Assembly (NCBI GenBank): GCA_964016885.1
Contig: OZ024742.1
Span: forward strand, 317,502,001 to 317,566,000
Direction of reading: 5' to 3'
From: Eledone cirrhosa
Taxonomy: Eukaryota
Length of the DNA stretch: 64,000 bases
In this document: piece by piece, positions 44,777 through 56,421 of the stretch
Layout of the letters: the number at the start of each line of letters is the position of its first letter
Position numbering within the stretch: the stretch's first letter is position 1
Translations under genes and position numbers: made by a program
The notes under the pieces: model-generated
What the model was told of the DNA's origin: nothing
The model's database searches: none
Seen by the model: the letters and a program-made list of their open reading frames with translations, nothing else

Positions 44777-45060
44777 TATATATATATATATATGAAAATA
44801 GGGAGAAAAAGACGATATTTTGGAAGAAAAATTTTTTTTTTCCTTTTATTTTTTTCTCTTTTTTCTGGGTTAGAAAATGTTTAAAACAGAATATTTTAAT
44901 TTGTGTGAAGTGTTAAGGTATTAGTTAATTTATTTATTAATTAACAATGGCCTTTATTTATTTATTTATATATTTAATAATTGTCTATTACCGGTTTCAT
45001 CATTTTATGCATTATCAAAGGAGGATTTGTGTTGGTACAAAATGTTGGAGAGAAAATAAT

Positions 45061-45244
45061 TGTTTCTACTTTTTGGCACAAGGCCAGCAATTACCCAGTG
45101 CATTACTGGTACTTTATTTTATCGACCCTGTAAGGATGAAAGGCAAAGTTAACCTTAGCAGGATTTGAACTCAGACCATAAAGTGCCGTAACTTTTTGCT
45201 GCAAAGCATGGCGTCCGACCCTCTACCGATACTGCCAATCCACC
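45061..45244 (-). mobile_element. tRNA-derived SINE (Nin/Deu-like core) with 17-bp target-site duplication
   Basis: TSD gttggagagaaaataat at 45044-45060 and 45245-45261. Confidence 0.92.
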
Positions 45245-46054
45245 GTTGGAGAGAAAATAATGTGAAAGAAAGAATAATATTATTTACAAACAAGGTTTTT
45301 GAAGTAAAAAGAAAAAAGAAACAAAGAGGGTGGTGTGGAACATGATAAGGTAATGGGAAAGAAAGAATAATATTATTTACAGGCATAGTTCTTGAGGATA
45401 AGCAGTTCAAAATGTGTTACTATGGCAAGAGCGCTTGGTTGGTCCATAATGGCGGCAAATATATATAAATTTATCCCAGGTTCAATCGGGGGTAACCATA
45501 GTGAATAAGGTACTCAATACATAACAGAGTATAAATATTTAATATAGATTTGGCTTTAATATAGAAAGCTATTTATATATATATAGAGAGAGAGAGAAAA
45601 TTGAGGTTGGTAATGGCACATGGAATATATAAGAGACAGAATACTTTTTTGTGAAAAAACATATAATTTTATAAGGTAAGGAAATAATAAAGGGTATAAA
45701 AAATGACCAGTTTCGATGGGTCTGCAAAAGCCATGTTTTCAAATGTTGATTAATATTAAGAAAAATTAATAAGAAGAGTTAAAGTTTGAGATTTGAAAAT
45801 TCAAGTATAGAATTCATTGTGGGATTTCATAGTAGTTTTCATCTTGGTAGCAGCTCGTTGACTGCTTCTGGTAGTGAATGAGAAGTTATTTGGGGTGTGG
45901 GTTATTTTATAAAGGTCAAATTTAGCAATGGCCAGATGGCCATCTGCTGGTCAGTGAGGGTGTGGAAGCAATATACATACATATATCTTCCTGTGCTCGG
46001 TAGGAGAGGGGAGATTGATAGAAAGGGATTTAGTGCACTTACGCCTATATATAC

Positions 46055-46448
46055 AAACTGTGGAACGTGCCTCTACCTCACTGAAGGACAAAAATTTACA
46101 TTTAAAGATGGCCAAACATTTACAGTAAAAAACAATTTCACCTGCAACTCGGAGAACTTGATTTACGCAATAACTTGCGGTGGGTGCAAACACAACTACA
46201 TAGGACAGACAGGCACCTCATTACGCAAAAGAATGACCATCCACCGCCAACAAATCCGGGACGCTAGCACAAGAAAAATCCCCTTGAGCAGCCATATTGC
46301 GAACTGCGCAGGAATGACACTACCCAACTTTAAAATCTTCCCCTTCTACAAGTGCTCAGATTCGTTCACACAGCAACAAAGAATAAACAAAGAAAATCTA
46401 TTCCTTAACAAATTTAAACCAAAACTAAACGGGTTATCACCCCAATAG
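46055..46448 (+). pseudogene. GIY-YIG endonuclease fragment of a Penelope-like element (Neptune-like Cys linker)
   Basis: CGTC...FTCNSENLIYAITCGGCKHNYIGQTG.SLRKRMTIHRQQI...E.LFL.KFKP.LN. The ORF-track N-terminus upstream of about 46055 is inverted pLTR, not coding. Confidence 0.9.
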
Positions 46449-46884
46449 AATTGTCATAAAATATAAACACACATACGCACGGGGTGACAGATATATGTGT
46501 TTGTATGTGTGCATGTATATAATTATCACTACTATTAAAGACCAGAGACCAATTATGTAGAATCAGGTTTATTCGTTGACAGACCATACCTTTGTGTGAC
46601 CAACACATCCATGTTAAACCCTGCACGTGCACACACATATATCTATATATATATATGCGCACACAGAATTCACCACTGTCGGTTGCGGGGCCCAATCTAC
46701 ATGAAGAACTCAATGTGATCAGAATGACTTGTATTTTAATTTCACTGCCCTAACTTCTTATATTATGGAAACAATATATGTGTATGTATGTATATATATA
46801 TATTTGGAGGCCATTTCTCTGTGTGTGGGTGTATGTATGTGTATATGTGTGTGTGCGTATGTGTGTATGTGTGTGTGTGTGTGT

Positions 46885-46950
<66 letters not shown>

Positions 46951-46968
46951 ATGTGGATGTATGTATTG

Positions 46969-47009
<41 letters not shown>

Positions 47010-47276
47010 GTGTATCTGGATGTATGCGTATGTGTATATATATATGTGTGTGTGTGTGTATATATATATGTGTGTGTATGTGTATATATGTGTGTGTGTG
47101 TGTGTTTGTATGTGTGTATGTATATATATGTGTGTGTGTATGTATGTGTGGGTGTGTGTATATATGTGTATGTATATGTGTGTATATATATGTATGTACA
47201 CATATATATATATATATATGTGTGTGTGTATGTATGTATGTATGTGTGTATCTGGATGTATGTGTATGTATATATA

Positions 47277-47327
<51 letters not shown>

Positions 47328-47392
47328 ATGTGCATATATGTGTGTGTGTATGTGTGTATGTATATGTATGTGTGTGTGTGTATGTATGTGTG

Positions 47393-47447
<55 letters not shown>

Positions 47448-47783
47448 ATGTATGTGTGGATGAAGGTATGTGTGTATATATAGGTGTAAGGGCACTAAAT
47501 CCCTTTCTATCAATCTCCCCTCTCCTACCGAGCACAGGAAGATATATGTATGTATATTGCTTCCACCCCCTCACTGACCAGCAGCTGGCCATCTGGCCAT
47601 TGCTAAATTTGACCTTTATAAAATAACCCACACCCCAAATAACTTCTCATTCACTACCAGAAGCAGTCAACGAGCTGCTACCAAGATGAAAACTACTATG
47701 AAATCCCACAATGAATTCTATACTTGAATTTTCAAATCTCAAATTTTAACTCTTCTTATTATTAATTTTTCTTAATATTAATC

Positions 47784-47831
47784 AACATTTGAAAAGATGG
47801 CTTTTGCAGACCCATCGAAACCGGTCATTTT
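47784..47831 (+). ncRNA. Minimal hammerhead, U3-A8 core variant (inverted copy at about 45700-45747)
   Basis: aacat-TTGAAAA-gatgg(cttttgcagac)ccatc-GAAA-ccgg-TC-atttt; stem I weak with one mismatch. Confidence 0.6.
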
Positions 47832-47969
47832 TTATACCCTTTATTATTTCCTTACCTTATAAAATTATATGTTTTTTCACAAAAAAGTATTCTGTCTCTT
47901 ATATATTCCATGTGCCATTACCAACCTCAAATTTCTCTATAACCTTCGTTTTGTGTAGTAAATTACACT

Positions 47970-48007
<38 letters not shown>

Positions 48008-48273
48008 GGAAAGAATGAAACGAAATTACATTTCCCACTCTTAGTACGGCTGTTACTTAAATATAAGTATTTACACGTACATACATATATGTATACAGAC
48101 GTACAGTAGTATGTATATATATATATACATACATGCACATATATATATATATGTACGTATGGATTCACCGAAAATGTATTATAATGCTCGGTGTGTTTGT
48201 AAACAAACATCCCGTATTAAGCCGTAGTGTCTAGCAACCATTGTTGCTCATTTGTTCAACACTGACAAAGGAA

Positions 48274-48314
48274 CGCTGTACTAGTTTCAAGCTTATTAGC
48301 TATCGTCAGCAACG
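48274..48314 (-). ncRNA. Minimal type I hammerhead ribozyme
   Basis: Minus: cgttg-CTGACGA-t.agct(aata)agct.t-GAAA-ctag-TA-cagcg. Confidence 0.88.
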
Positions 48315-48801
48315 TATACCTTCCTGCCAGATTGTTGAACGTATATACTTACCTTATGCATATTAACGGCTGAGTATCCCAATTTGCATATCGAGTGGGT
48401 TAATCGGCCGGGTGCTACAGCGTTCCTTTGTTAGTGTTGGACAAATGAGCAACGATGGTTGCTAGACACTACGGATTAATACGGGATGTTTGTTTACAAA
48501 CACACCGAGCATTATAATAAATGTTCGGTGAATCCATACGTACATATATATATGTGTGCATGTATGTATATATATATACATACTAATGTACGTCTGTATA
48601 CATATATGTATGTACGTGTACATACTTATATTTAAGTAACAGCCGTACTAAGAGTGGGAAATGAAATTTCGTTTCATTTTTTCCGCTTATCGTTTTCGGT
48701 GCACCCGGCCGATTAACCCACTCGATATGTAAATTGGGCTACTCAGCCGTTAATATGCATAAGGTAAGTATATACGTTCAACAATCTGGCAGGAAGGTAT
48801 A

Positions 48802-48842
48802 CGTTGCTGACGATAGCTAATAAGCTTGAAACTATTACAGCG
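48802..48842 (+). ncRNA. Minimal type I hammerhead ribozyme
   Basis: cgttg-CTGACGA-t.agct(aata)agct.t-GAAA-ctat-TA-cagcg. Confidence 0.85.
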
Positions 48843-49067
48843 TTCCTTTGTCAGTGTTGAACAAATGAGCAACGATGGTTGCTGGACATTACGGCTTAAT
48901 ACGGGATATTTGTTTACAAACACACCGAGCATTATAATAAATGTTCGGTGAATCCATACGTACATATATATATGGGTGCATGTATGTATATATATATACA
49001 TACTACTGTACGTTTGTATACATATATGTATGTACGTGTACATACTTATATATATATATATATATAT

Positions 49068-49532
49068 CAACTCTGGATGTCGGGGAGCATGTCCAGCTAA
49101 CCTCAGTCTCCTCTGTGTCACTTTTGAGCTGACTTCTGGGAGACTCCCATACAGCTCTGAGTTTTTCATCCTCAGTGTATACTGATTAATGTTCAGAGCC
49201 ATCCCCAGCATTCTCGTGTAGCACCCATCCACATTCTGAATGAGTTTCTTGGTCAGTGTCCAAGTCTCAGACCCGTACAGCAGCACGGACTCCACTACAG
49301 CAATGAAGAGGCGGATTTTCTGGTTTTTACGAAGGTCCGACTTCCACACCGATCTCAAGCTTTGGGAGCCCCTACATGGACACACTGGAAGAGGAAGACC
49401 AAGGTTAACATATGTTTATGCCCTAAGGACAGACACTGGTCTGTTGGAGACGCAGGACATGGCAGCGATAATGAGGGACAGAGACCGCTGGAGAGAACCC
49501 GTCCATGGATCTCAGGAATTTTACCCGCCCTA

Positions 49533-49533
<1 letters not shown>
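49068..49533. pseudogene. RTE-like LINE 3' fragment with 5' inversion
   Basis: Minus segment: VESVLLYGSETW...RRLRLAGH..RHPEL. Plus segment: LWEPLHG..RGRPRLTY...MRDRDRWR. Confidence 0.85.
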
Positions 49534-49617
<84 letters not shown>

Positions 49618-49621
49618 AGAG

Positions 49622-49674
<53 letters not shown>

Positions 49675-49859
49675 AAAGTAGATAGATAGATCAAGATGGA
49701 TTCAGTAAGAAACTGGTTAGACTATTACTCACCAGAGTGTGTGTGTGTTGAGGCAAATAACTATGTGTATACTCTGGTAATGTATCTTACATTGCCCATT
49801 GAGTGCGCTGAGATACAACCGGTACTGGCATTGATAAATATGCTGGGTCCGTCAACCCT

Positions 49860-49944
<85 letters not shown>

Positions 49945-49974
49945 TACATATATATTTATATATGTATGTATGTA

Positions 49975-50046
49975 TACTCTTTTACTCTTTTATTCTTTTA
50001 CCTGTTCCAGCCATCTGGCTGAGGCCATGCTGGGGCATCGCCCTTG
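49975..50046 (-). mobile_element. 3' end of an octopus OK-like SINE
   Basis: tactcttttactc tail followed by ggccatgctggggcatcgcc; resembles the abundant octopus SINE end (from memory, unverified). Confidence 0.55.
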
Positions 50047-50587
50047 TATGTATATATGTATATGCTAATCTGCCTGGTCATGTATGCGTGTTTATAAAAA
50101 CAGTCAAATAAATTTTATCAAATCAGTTGTTCATAAAATCCCCGTGATTCTTACTGAGATTTTATATGGATCTATACATTTTCCTTCTCTTTGTTTATGT
50201 TATATTCTGACAGGGTAGGATCAGTACTGGACTTAATGAATGAGAAAGACACGAGAAGGCAAGATGACTGAGACAGATGTAGCTGAAGATAGTTGTCATG
50301 TGATTAGCTAATGCAGTGGAACTTATGCCGTTGTAATGGAACTTATGCAGTATGCAATAGAATGAAGAGAGTGTGAAAACAGTGCATCTGTGAGCCCAAT
50401 GCTGTAGAGTGAGTATTTGGCAAAGAGTTGGATACGATCTGTGATGTTTATGATATTTGTGTATATAGCAGCAATACTGACCTAGAAATGTAAATAAACC
50501 ATTCATAGCAATTAGTATTAATACTAACACAACGTGGTTTATAATAGTGGTGAATATGAAACTATACACAATATGTTTATTTATAAT

Positions 50588-50807
50588 TGTTTCTACTTTA
50601 GGCACTAGGCCAGCAATCTGAAGGGAAGGGGAATGTCGATTAAATCGACTCCAGTGCATCACTGGTGCTTTATTTTATCATCGACCCCGTAAGTATGAAA
50701 GGCAAAGCTAACCTCGGAGGGATTTGAACTCAGAACGCAAAGGGCCATAACTCTATGCTAAAAAGCATGGTGTCTGACGCTCTACCGATACTGCCAATCC
50801 ACCGCTC
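50588..50807 (-). mobile_element. Full-length tRNA-derived SINE with imperfect TSD
   Basis: Core atcgaccccgtaagtatgaaaggc; flanks tatgtttatttataat / tatgtttattgataat. Confidence 0.9.
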
Positions 50808-52599
50808 TATGTTTATTGATAATAAGCACACAAATGTCTCACTATGAATATTGTAAGCTCCGATCATGTCAAAGATATCTCAGTTGCCTGACACGAATGT
50901 CAGACACGTGTTTCTGGATTTTTATCCGTCATTGCTTCTGAGACAAGAATAAGCTTATAGTGTATATACTTTTCAGTATGAAATATCCACTGTGGTGCTC
51001 ATTTGTATATCGTGCAAATAAAACATTAGTTGAAGATGTTCATTTGCATATAGTATTAACTTAACCGGTCAGGCTTGATTAACAGTAGTACTAACATAGC
51101 TTGGTCCATAATAGAGGTGTAAACGAAGGCATATGGAATAAATTTAGATATGACAAACAAGAGTCTTGCTTTGAGTATTTTAAACCGTGACCTTGTCACA
51201 GCTTTTTCTTGTCTCAGTACCGCGTGAACAATTTTCATAGATGACGGATCAAAATCCAAAAACGTGCCTGGCATATTCACTAGCTATGACCAAATGCTAG
51301 AGTATATTTGGTCATTGGTCTCCTAAGAAACATTTCCCAACGTTTATATTTAATTTTCTTTTCTGTAGAGATGAATGATGCCTTTAGATTTTTCGAATAC
51401 CTTTACACGCAAGCTTGCGCAAGTGACTGAAGATCGTTAATGCGTTGTTAGTATTCAGTGGCAACTGTTCTAACATATGTTTGGGTCTGAAATACAGTGA
51501 GTTGCAAGCACACTTGAAAAAAAACAATAAAATTATTTAACGCAATGATTTTTTAATGACACTGTGACATCTTGAATACAAAGAATTGAAAGCATGAAAA
51601 AGTAAATCGCATGTTGCTCTAAAGAAAATATCAAGCCTACAGACTTCATTATAATGTAGTTCTTGAATACCAAAACGCTAATCAGAGCTGAATGTAGTCT
51701 GAACACTGGAATATTTGGATGAAATGTCAAATCATGTTTATTATATTTGACTAAATAAATATGTATTTATGCCATATTTGCTTTAGTATTGTCTTTAATA
51801 GGTTTATATATTTATTGCTATTATCCTATTTATAGCTTATGTTGCGTTATAGATATGAATTAATTTGAATAATTGCATATATTTTAATTTATTTAGAGTA
51901 AATTATTCGATTAAAATGAATCACAATGAATATTTGGCTATATAGTACCATCAACTTTCTAATTGAATATTCAAAGTCTATACAAATTGAATATATATTT
52001 TAGCCGAGGAGAAAAAAGATGTATTTTAAAGTGGAAGCACAAAGTTATTTGATACAGCCCCAGTATATGGGAAAAGCCGCATCTTTCTGGGTTAATATAA
52101 GGTCAGCCTAGAGACCGAAGGTCTCTCAGTTCACAATCCTGTCAATGGTGTTGTGCTATATAGATGCTGAAGTTAACTTTTACATACACTTGCTCAGATA
52201 TAAATGGCTTTTTGTTAATTAACATTTGTTATTAATCGTTTTCATGATGATATTTAGGATTTAGTCCATCATGAATTTTCTATCATAAATTTCCATGTAA
52301 CGTATTTTAAAATCTGAAATTAAAATTAGAAATAAATTATTAGTGACAAAAAGTTATTAATTTTTAAAATAGTAAAGCCGTTTATGGGCCATCATGTAAA
52401 TGCATGATATGAATATGTAGAGTATATAAGTGTAAGCAGCAGTTCCTTACGATTTCACAACAGGCAGAGTTGAGATCAAATCCTTAACAATTAGTATCCT
52501 ATAGAACTAGGGTCTCCCAACTTTTTAGACCATCGACTCCTTCATCGAATCATTGATCCCTCATCGACCCAAGGTATGTACAACTAAATAAATAAATAA

Positions 52600-53178
52600 T
52601 TGTTTCTACTTTTGGCATAAGGCTAGCAATTATTTGATCAACCCGGTAAGGTTGAAAGGCAAAGTTAACCTCGGCGGGATTTGAACTCAGACCGTAAAGG
52701 GCCGTAATTCTATGCCGCAAAGCATGGCGTCTAACCCTCTACTATTACTGCCAATCCACCACCCTAAATAAATAAATAATTGTTTCTACTTTTGGCACAA
52801 GGCCAGCAATTACCCAGTGTATTACTGATACTTTATTTTATCGACCCCGTAAGGATGAAAGGCAAAGTTAACCTCGGCGGGATTTGAACTCAGAATGACA
52901 AGGGCCGTAACTCTATGCATCAAAGCATGGCGTGCGACCCTCTGCCGATACTGCCAATCCACCGCCTTTTGGCATAAGGCCTAAATAAATAATTGTTTCT
53001 ACTTTAGGCACAAGGCCAGCAAATACCCAGTGCATTACTGGTACTTTATTTTATCGACCTCGTAAGGATGAAAGGCAAAGTCAACCTCGGCGGGATTTGA
53101 ACTCAGATCGTAAAGGGACGTAACTATGCTGGAAAGCATGGCGTCCGATCCTCTACCGATACTGCCAATCCACCGCCC
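52600..53178 (-). mobile_element. Three tandem tRNA-derived SINEs
   Basis: Copies at about 52600-52763, 52781-52966 and 52994-53177, each preceded by ctaaataaataat-type sequence. Confidence 0.92.
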
Positions 53179-53589
53179 TCAATCCAAGGCCTAAATAAAT
53201 AATAATAATTAAGTAGATGTGCACTTTATATGTACATTACAGGCGGGAAACTGCAGACCAAACTCTGCTTTCAATATAGGAAACTGCATACCACGCCCTG
53301 CAAAATTGTTGTTCTGTATCCCCTCCCTTTGTGAATATGTCTCGTGAAATATAGGGAAACAAAAAGGAAAAACTGTTTGCTGTCATAGGAGTTTGATGAC
53401 AGACAGACGATGGCAGGCAGACGGACAAGCTGAACTTCTCAGATCCCTATACTATACGTGTGGGCTACATTTGCATTACCCTTAGTTTCGATGCCAAACC
53501 CAACATTAATAATAATAATAACATAGGTAATATTAAATACATTAAAAGTAAATCAAGATATCTTATAATTGAATTGGCTCAGATCATTA

Positions 53590-54060
53590 ATGAGAAGGAT
53601 GTGTTTGATGTGCATCAGCAATTACATTGATATATGTTTGGTGATTGATGAGTTTTAGCCGTAAGTTACCGTGCACTTCCAGGTTCAGTCTCGTCCTCTA
53701 CTTTCTTAGATCTGCATTTGCGTTGCTAAAACCTGCTTCAACCATGTACGAACTTGGGAATGGAAGTAAAAAGAGCTCAACTTCTGACTAAGCCAGGAGT
53801 ATTTACTAACAATATTTACATTTCCCCAATAGTCACTGGGGCTTTTACTTCTGAACAATGATTTAGCTTCGAGATCCACATACATATCAGCGAGTTTCTA
53901 TTCTTAGTGAGATTCAATGACTGCATTTCTATTTTCAAATTAAATGGGGTAATAATCCAGTCGAGTATGTGCATTATGCCAGGTCCTCTAAACGTACTTT
54001 AAAGTAGTCCCTTAATTTTTCAAAGTGCTTTATATACATATCCAAATCACATTCAGAACT
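53590..54060 (-). pseudogene. hAT (Buster/Charlie-like) transposase C-terminal remnant
   Basis: Minus translation FPSSYMVEAGFS...RTRLNLEVHGNLRLKL. TIR-like ctagggtctcccaacttttt at about 52507. Confidence 0.75.
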
Positions 54061-54262
54061 ATTTTCATCTTCTGCTAATTTACGTAAGTTTGAAAACTAT
54101 TTTAATATTTACGTGCTAATAAATATTGAAACAGCTCTATTTTGACTTAAAGGCTTATTAGTATAGTTCGAACTTGAATAAATGTAACATCTTTACCTTG
54201 CAGACGTTTCTATACTTCATTAAAGCAATATTTATATGCGTATATATATATATATATATATA

Positions 54263-54454
54263 ACGAAGGAAGTGTGGTAAGGAACCAGATGGACCATAAT
54301 GCACCAGAGTACTCAATACTTGGGGTAGTGGAGAGGGAAATAGGAAAATGTTTAACCCCAACGGCAGAGCTCAAGCCGTTCGACAGCTATTTCTGGACCA
54401 GACATAGCCGTCGAAACGGCTTGAGCTCTGCCGTCAGGGTTAAACATTTTCCTA
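54263..54454 (-). repeat. pLTR 3' fragment with fold-back palindrome containing the 3' half of a hammerhead
   Basis: Palindrome about 54340-54454; plus-strand arm reads gtc-GAAA-cggc(ttgagctct)gccg-TC-agggtt. Confidence 0.75.
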
Positions 54455-54457
54455 TGT

Positions 54458-54614
<157 letters not shown>

Positions 54615-54690
54615 AGTTTTATAAATAAATATTGACATACCCTTTCAAAATGCTACCGTTACTTTTGGAAGACATCAGGAAAGACATCAA

Positions 54691-54746
<56 letters not shown>

Positions 54747-55322
54747 AGGAAGTTATAGTTCACTTGAAGCATTGTGTAATGAGGTATAAACGTTTGTATT
54801 TGTAAAGCCAAAACAATGCAGGTATAGACATAGAATATAAATGCAAATGCTAAAGATATTGTTGACAATTAGTCTTTTACCTTAGATTTATTTAAATGTC
54901 CTTAATTTTCGAGATAATATCTCTTTTTCGGAGGGAAGTAAAGCAGTTAAACCAGTGTTCTAAATAGCTTGCCAAGTCATGCTGACAGGAAATGGTATAG
55001 AGTATCTGTTCTATCTGTAATGTCAAAGAGTTAAGTTTAGGTGGATAAAGAGTAGTCTCCCTTTAAACATGTATGTTTAAGTGTGTGGGAGAATACATGA
55101 AGGTGTAAGTATGTGTGTGTGAGTGTGAGAAGATATGTCTATACGTAAATGTGAGGGATAGATGCTCTCTCGTGTTAGAACTGGTCTTTGTGTGTGTATG
55201 TGTGTGTGTGAGAGAGAATAAGTGGAGGTATAAGCGTGTGTGTGTGTGTGTGTGTGCGTGCGTGTGTGTGTCCGTGTGCGTGTGTGTGGAAGGGGGGTGT
55301 AAGTATGGGGCTAGATGCTCTA

Positions 55323-55845
55323 TCAAGTTATAAATTGGGTGTTGAGTTCTAGTCTATTATTGATTGGTGGTTGTGTTTTGTCTATAATTAGTGCTTCCTT
55401 AATTCTAAGATTGCCGAGGTTTCTTTCCTTGGTTTCTATCCTAACTGTTATGGTTTTGTCGCTGTTTTTTGCATTTCACTGGGTGTTTCTTAAATGAGGA
55501 AGCGTTAGTATTGAGGTGTTTTTTTATTCTTATGTGAAGTGGTCTGGTGGTGCTACCTACGTAGAAGTTGCTGCATTTGTCGCACTCTAGTCTGTATACG
55601 ACGTAAGCCTGGTGGCATAGGTCTGTGTCGTTGATGGGTGGGGCAGTTGGCTAGCCTGCAGCAGTTGTCATGTCTGGTGGAGTGTCTTTTGGTTAGCTGT
55701 CCGCGTAGAGAAGGTTCTGAGTGGGCTAGTTGGATATCTAGTCCCTCTCGTCTGATAGCTCTGCGGATGGCTGTTGTTGTTTCGTCACTGATGTGTGGGA
55801 GCTTCAGGAAGCAAGTGTTAGTGCCTCGGGTGTTTGTTCCTCTGT
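55323..55845 (-). pseudogene. Penelope-like element GIY-YIG fragment, frameshifted
   Basis: FLKLPHIS...CRLANCP, then VVYRLECDKCSNFYVGSTTRPLHIRIKKHL...LRIKEALII....PPIN*. Confidence 0.88.
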
Positions 55846-56379
55846 ATATAACAAGGCAACAACACACGCACACACACACACACACTCAAGCGATACAACA
55901 ACACACGCACACACACACACAGTAACATTTAACAAACAGGCAGAGAATGGACTGACAGCTAGCGCCATCCCACTCCCTCATTCGGCCGCTGACCTCTGTA
56001 CGACCGACCCCATTTCACGCGCACGCGCGCTCTGCCGAATACCTCAGATATTCAAAACAACAAACAGCGAAGGACGCGTTCCGGACTTGTCCGACAGACA
56101 ACCTTTTCCCCCACCCCGGAAAAAAACCCCAGTTGATGGATGTGAATCCGAAATATATAGGGACTATTAAATCTCTCCCAAGGTAACTCTCTCTTGTGTT
56201 GTTATTTTTATTTTATCCTTTATACGCTTCCCTTCATTCTACACATCTCACACATCTTATACACACCACGCATCTCAACGTACATCCACTTACATCTCTC
56301 TCTCTACCACCGGACCTTGTTACCCGGAGATTTACCCATTTGCATTGTCGAGGCTTCCAAACGACTTAAAGATATTTAC

Positions 56380-56410
<31 letters not shown>

Positions 56411-56421
56411 TATATATATAT

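Larger units (their letters stand above)
45598..47974 (+). mobile_element. Penelope-like element: inverted pLTR (45598-46054) + truncated GIY-YIG + 3' UTR + pLTR (47473-47937)
   Basis: About 460-bp near-identical inverted arms flank a GIY-YIG coding fragment; this is the classic PLE architecture. Confidence 0.9.
48007..49048. mobile_element. Retrozyme-like non-coding element: 420-nt hammerhead-delimited monomer in tandem plus an inverted permuted copy
   Basis: Monomer 48418-48837, partial repeat 48838-49048, inverted permuted copy 48007-48415; flanked by (TA)n. Confidence 0.8.

Noticed and set aside
56127-56163. ccc-cagttga-tggat(gtga)atcc-gaaa-tata-ta-ggg next to the Penelope fragment
   Set aside because: The architecture fits a minimal HHR, but two invariant core bases are changed; treated as decayed.
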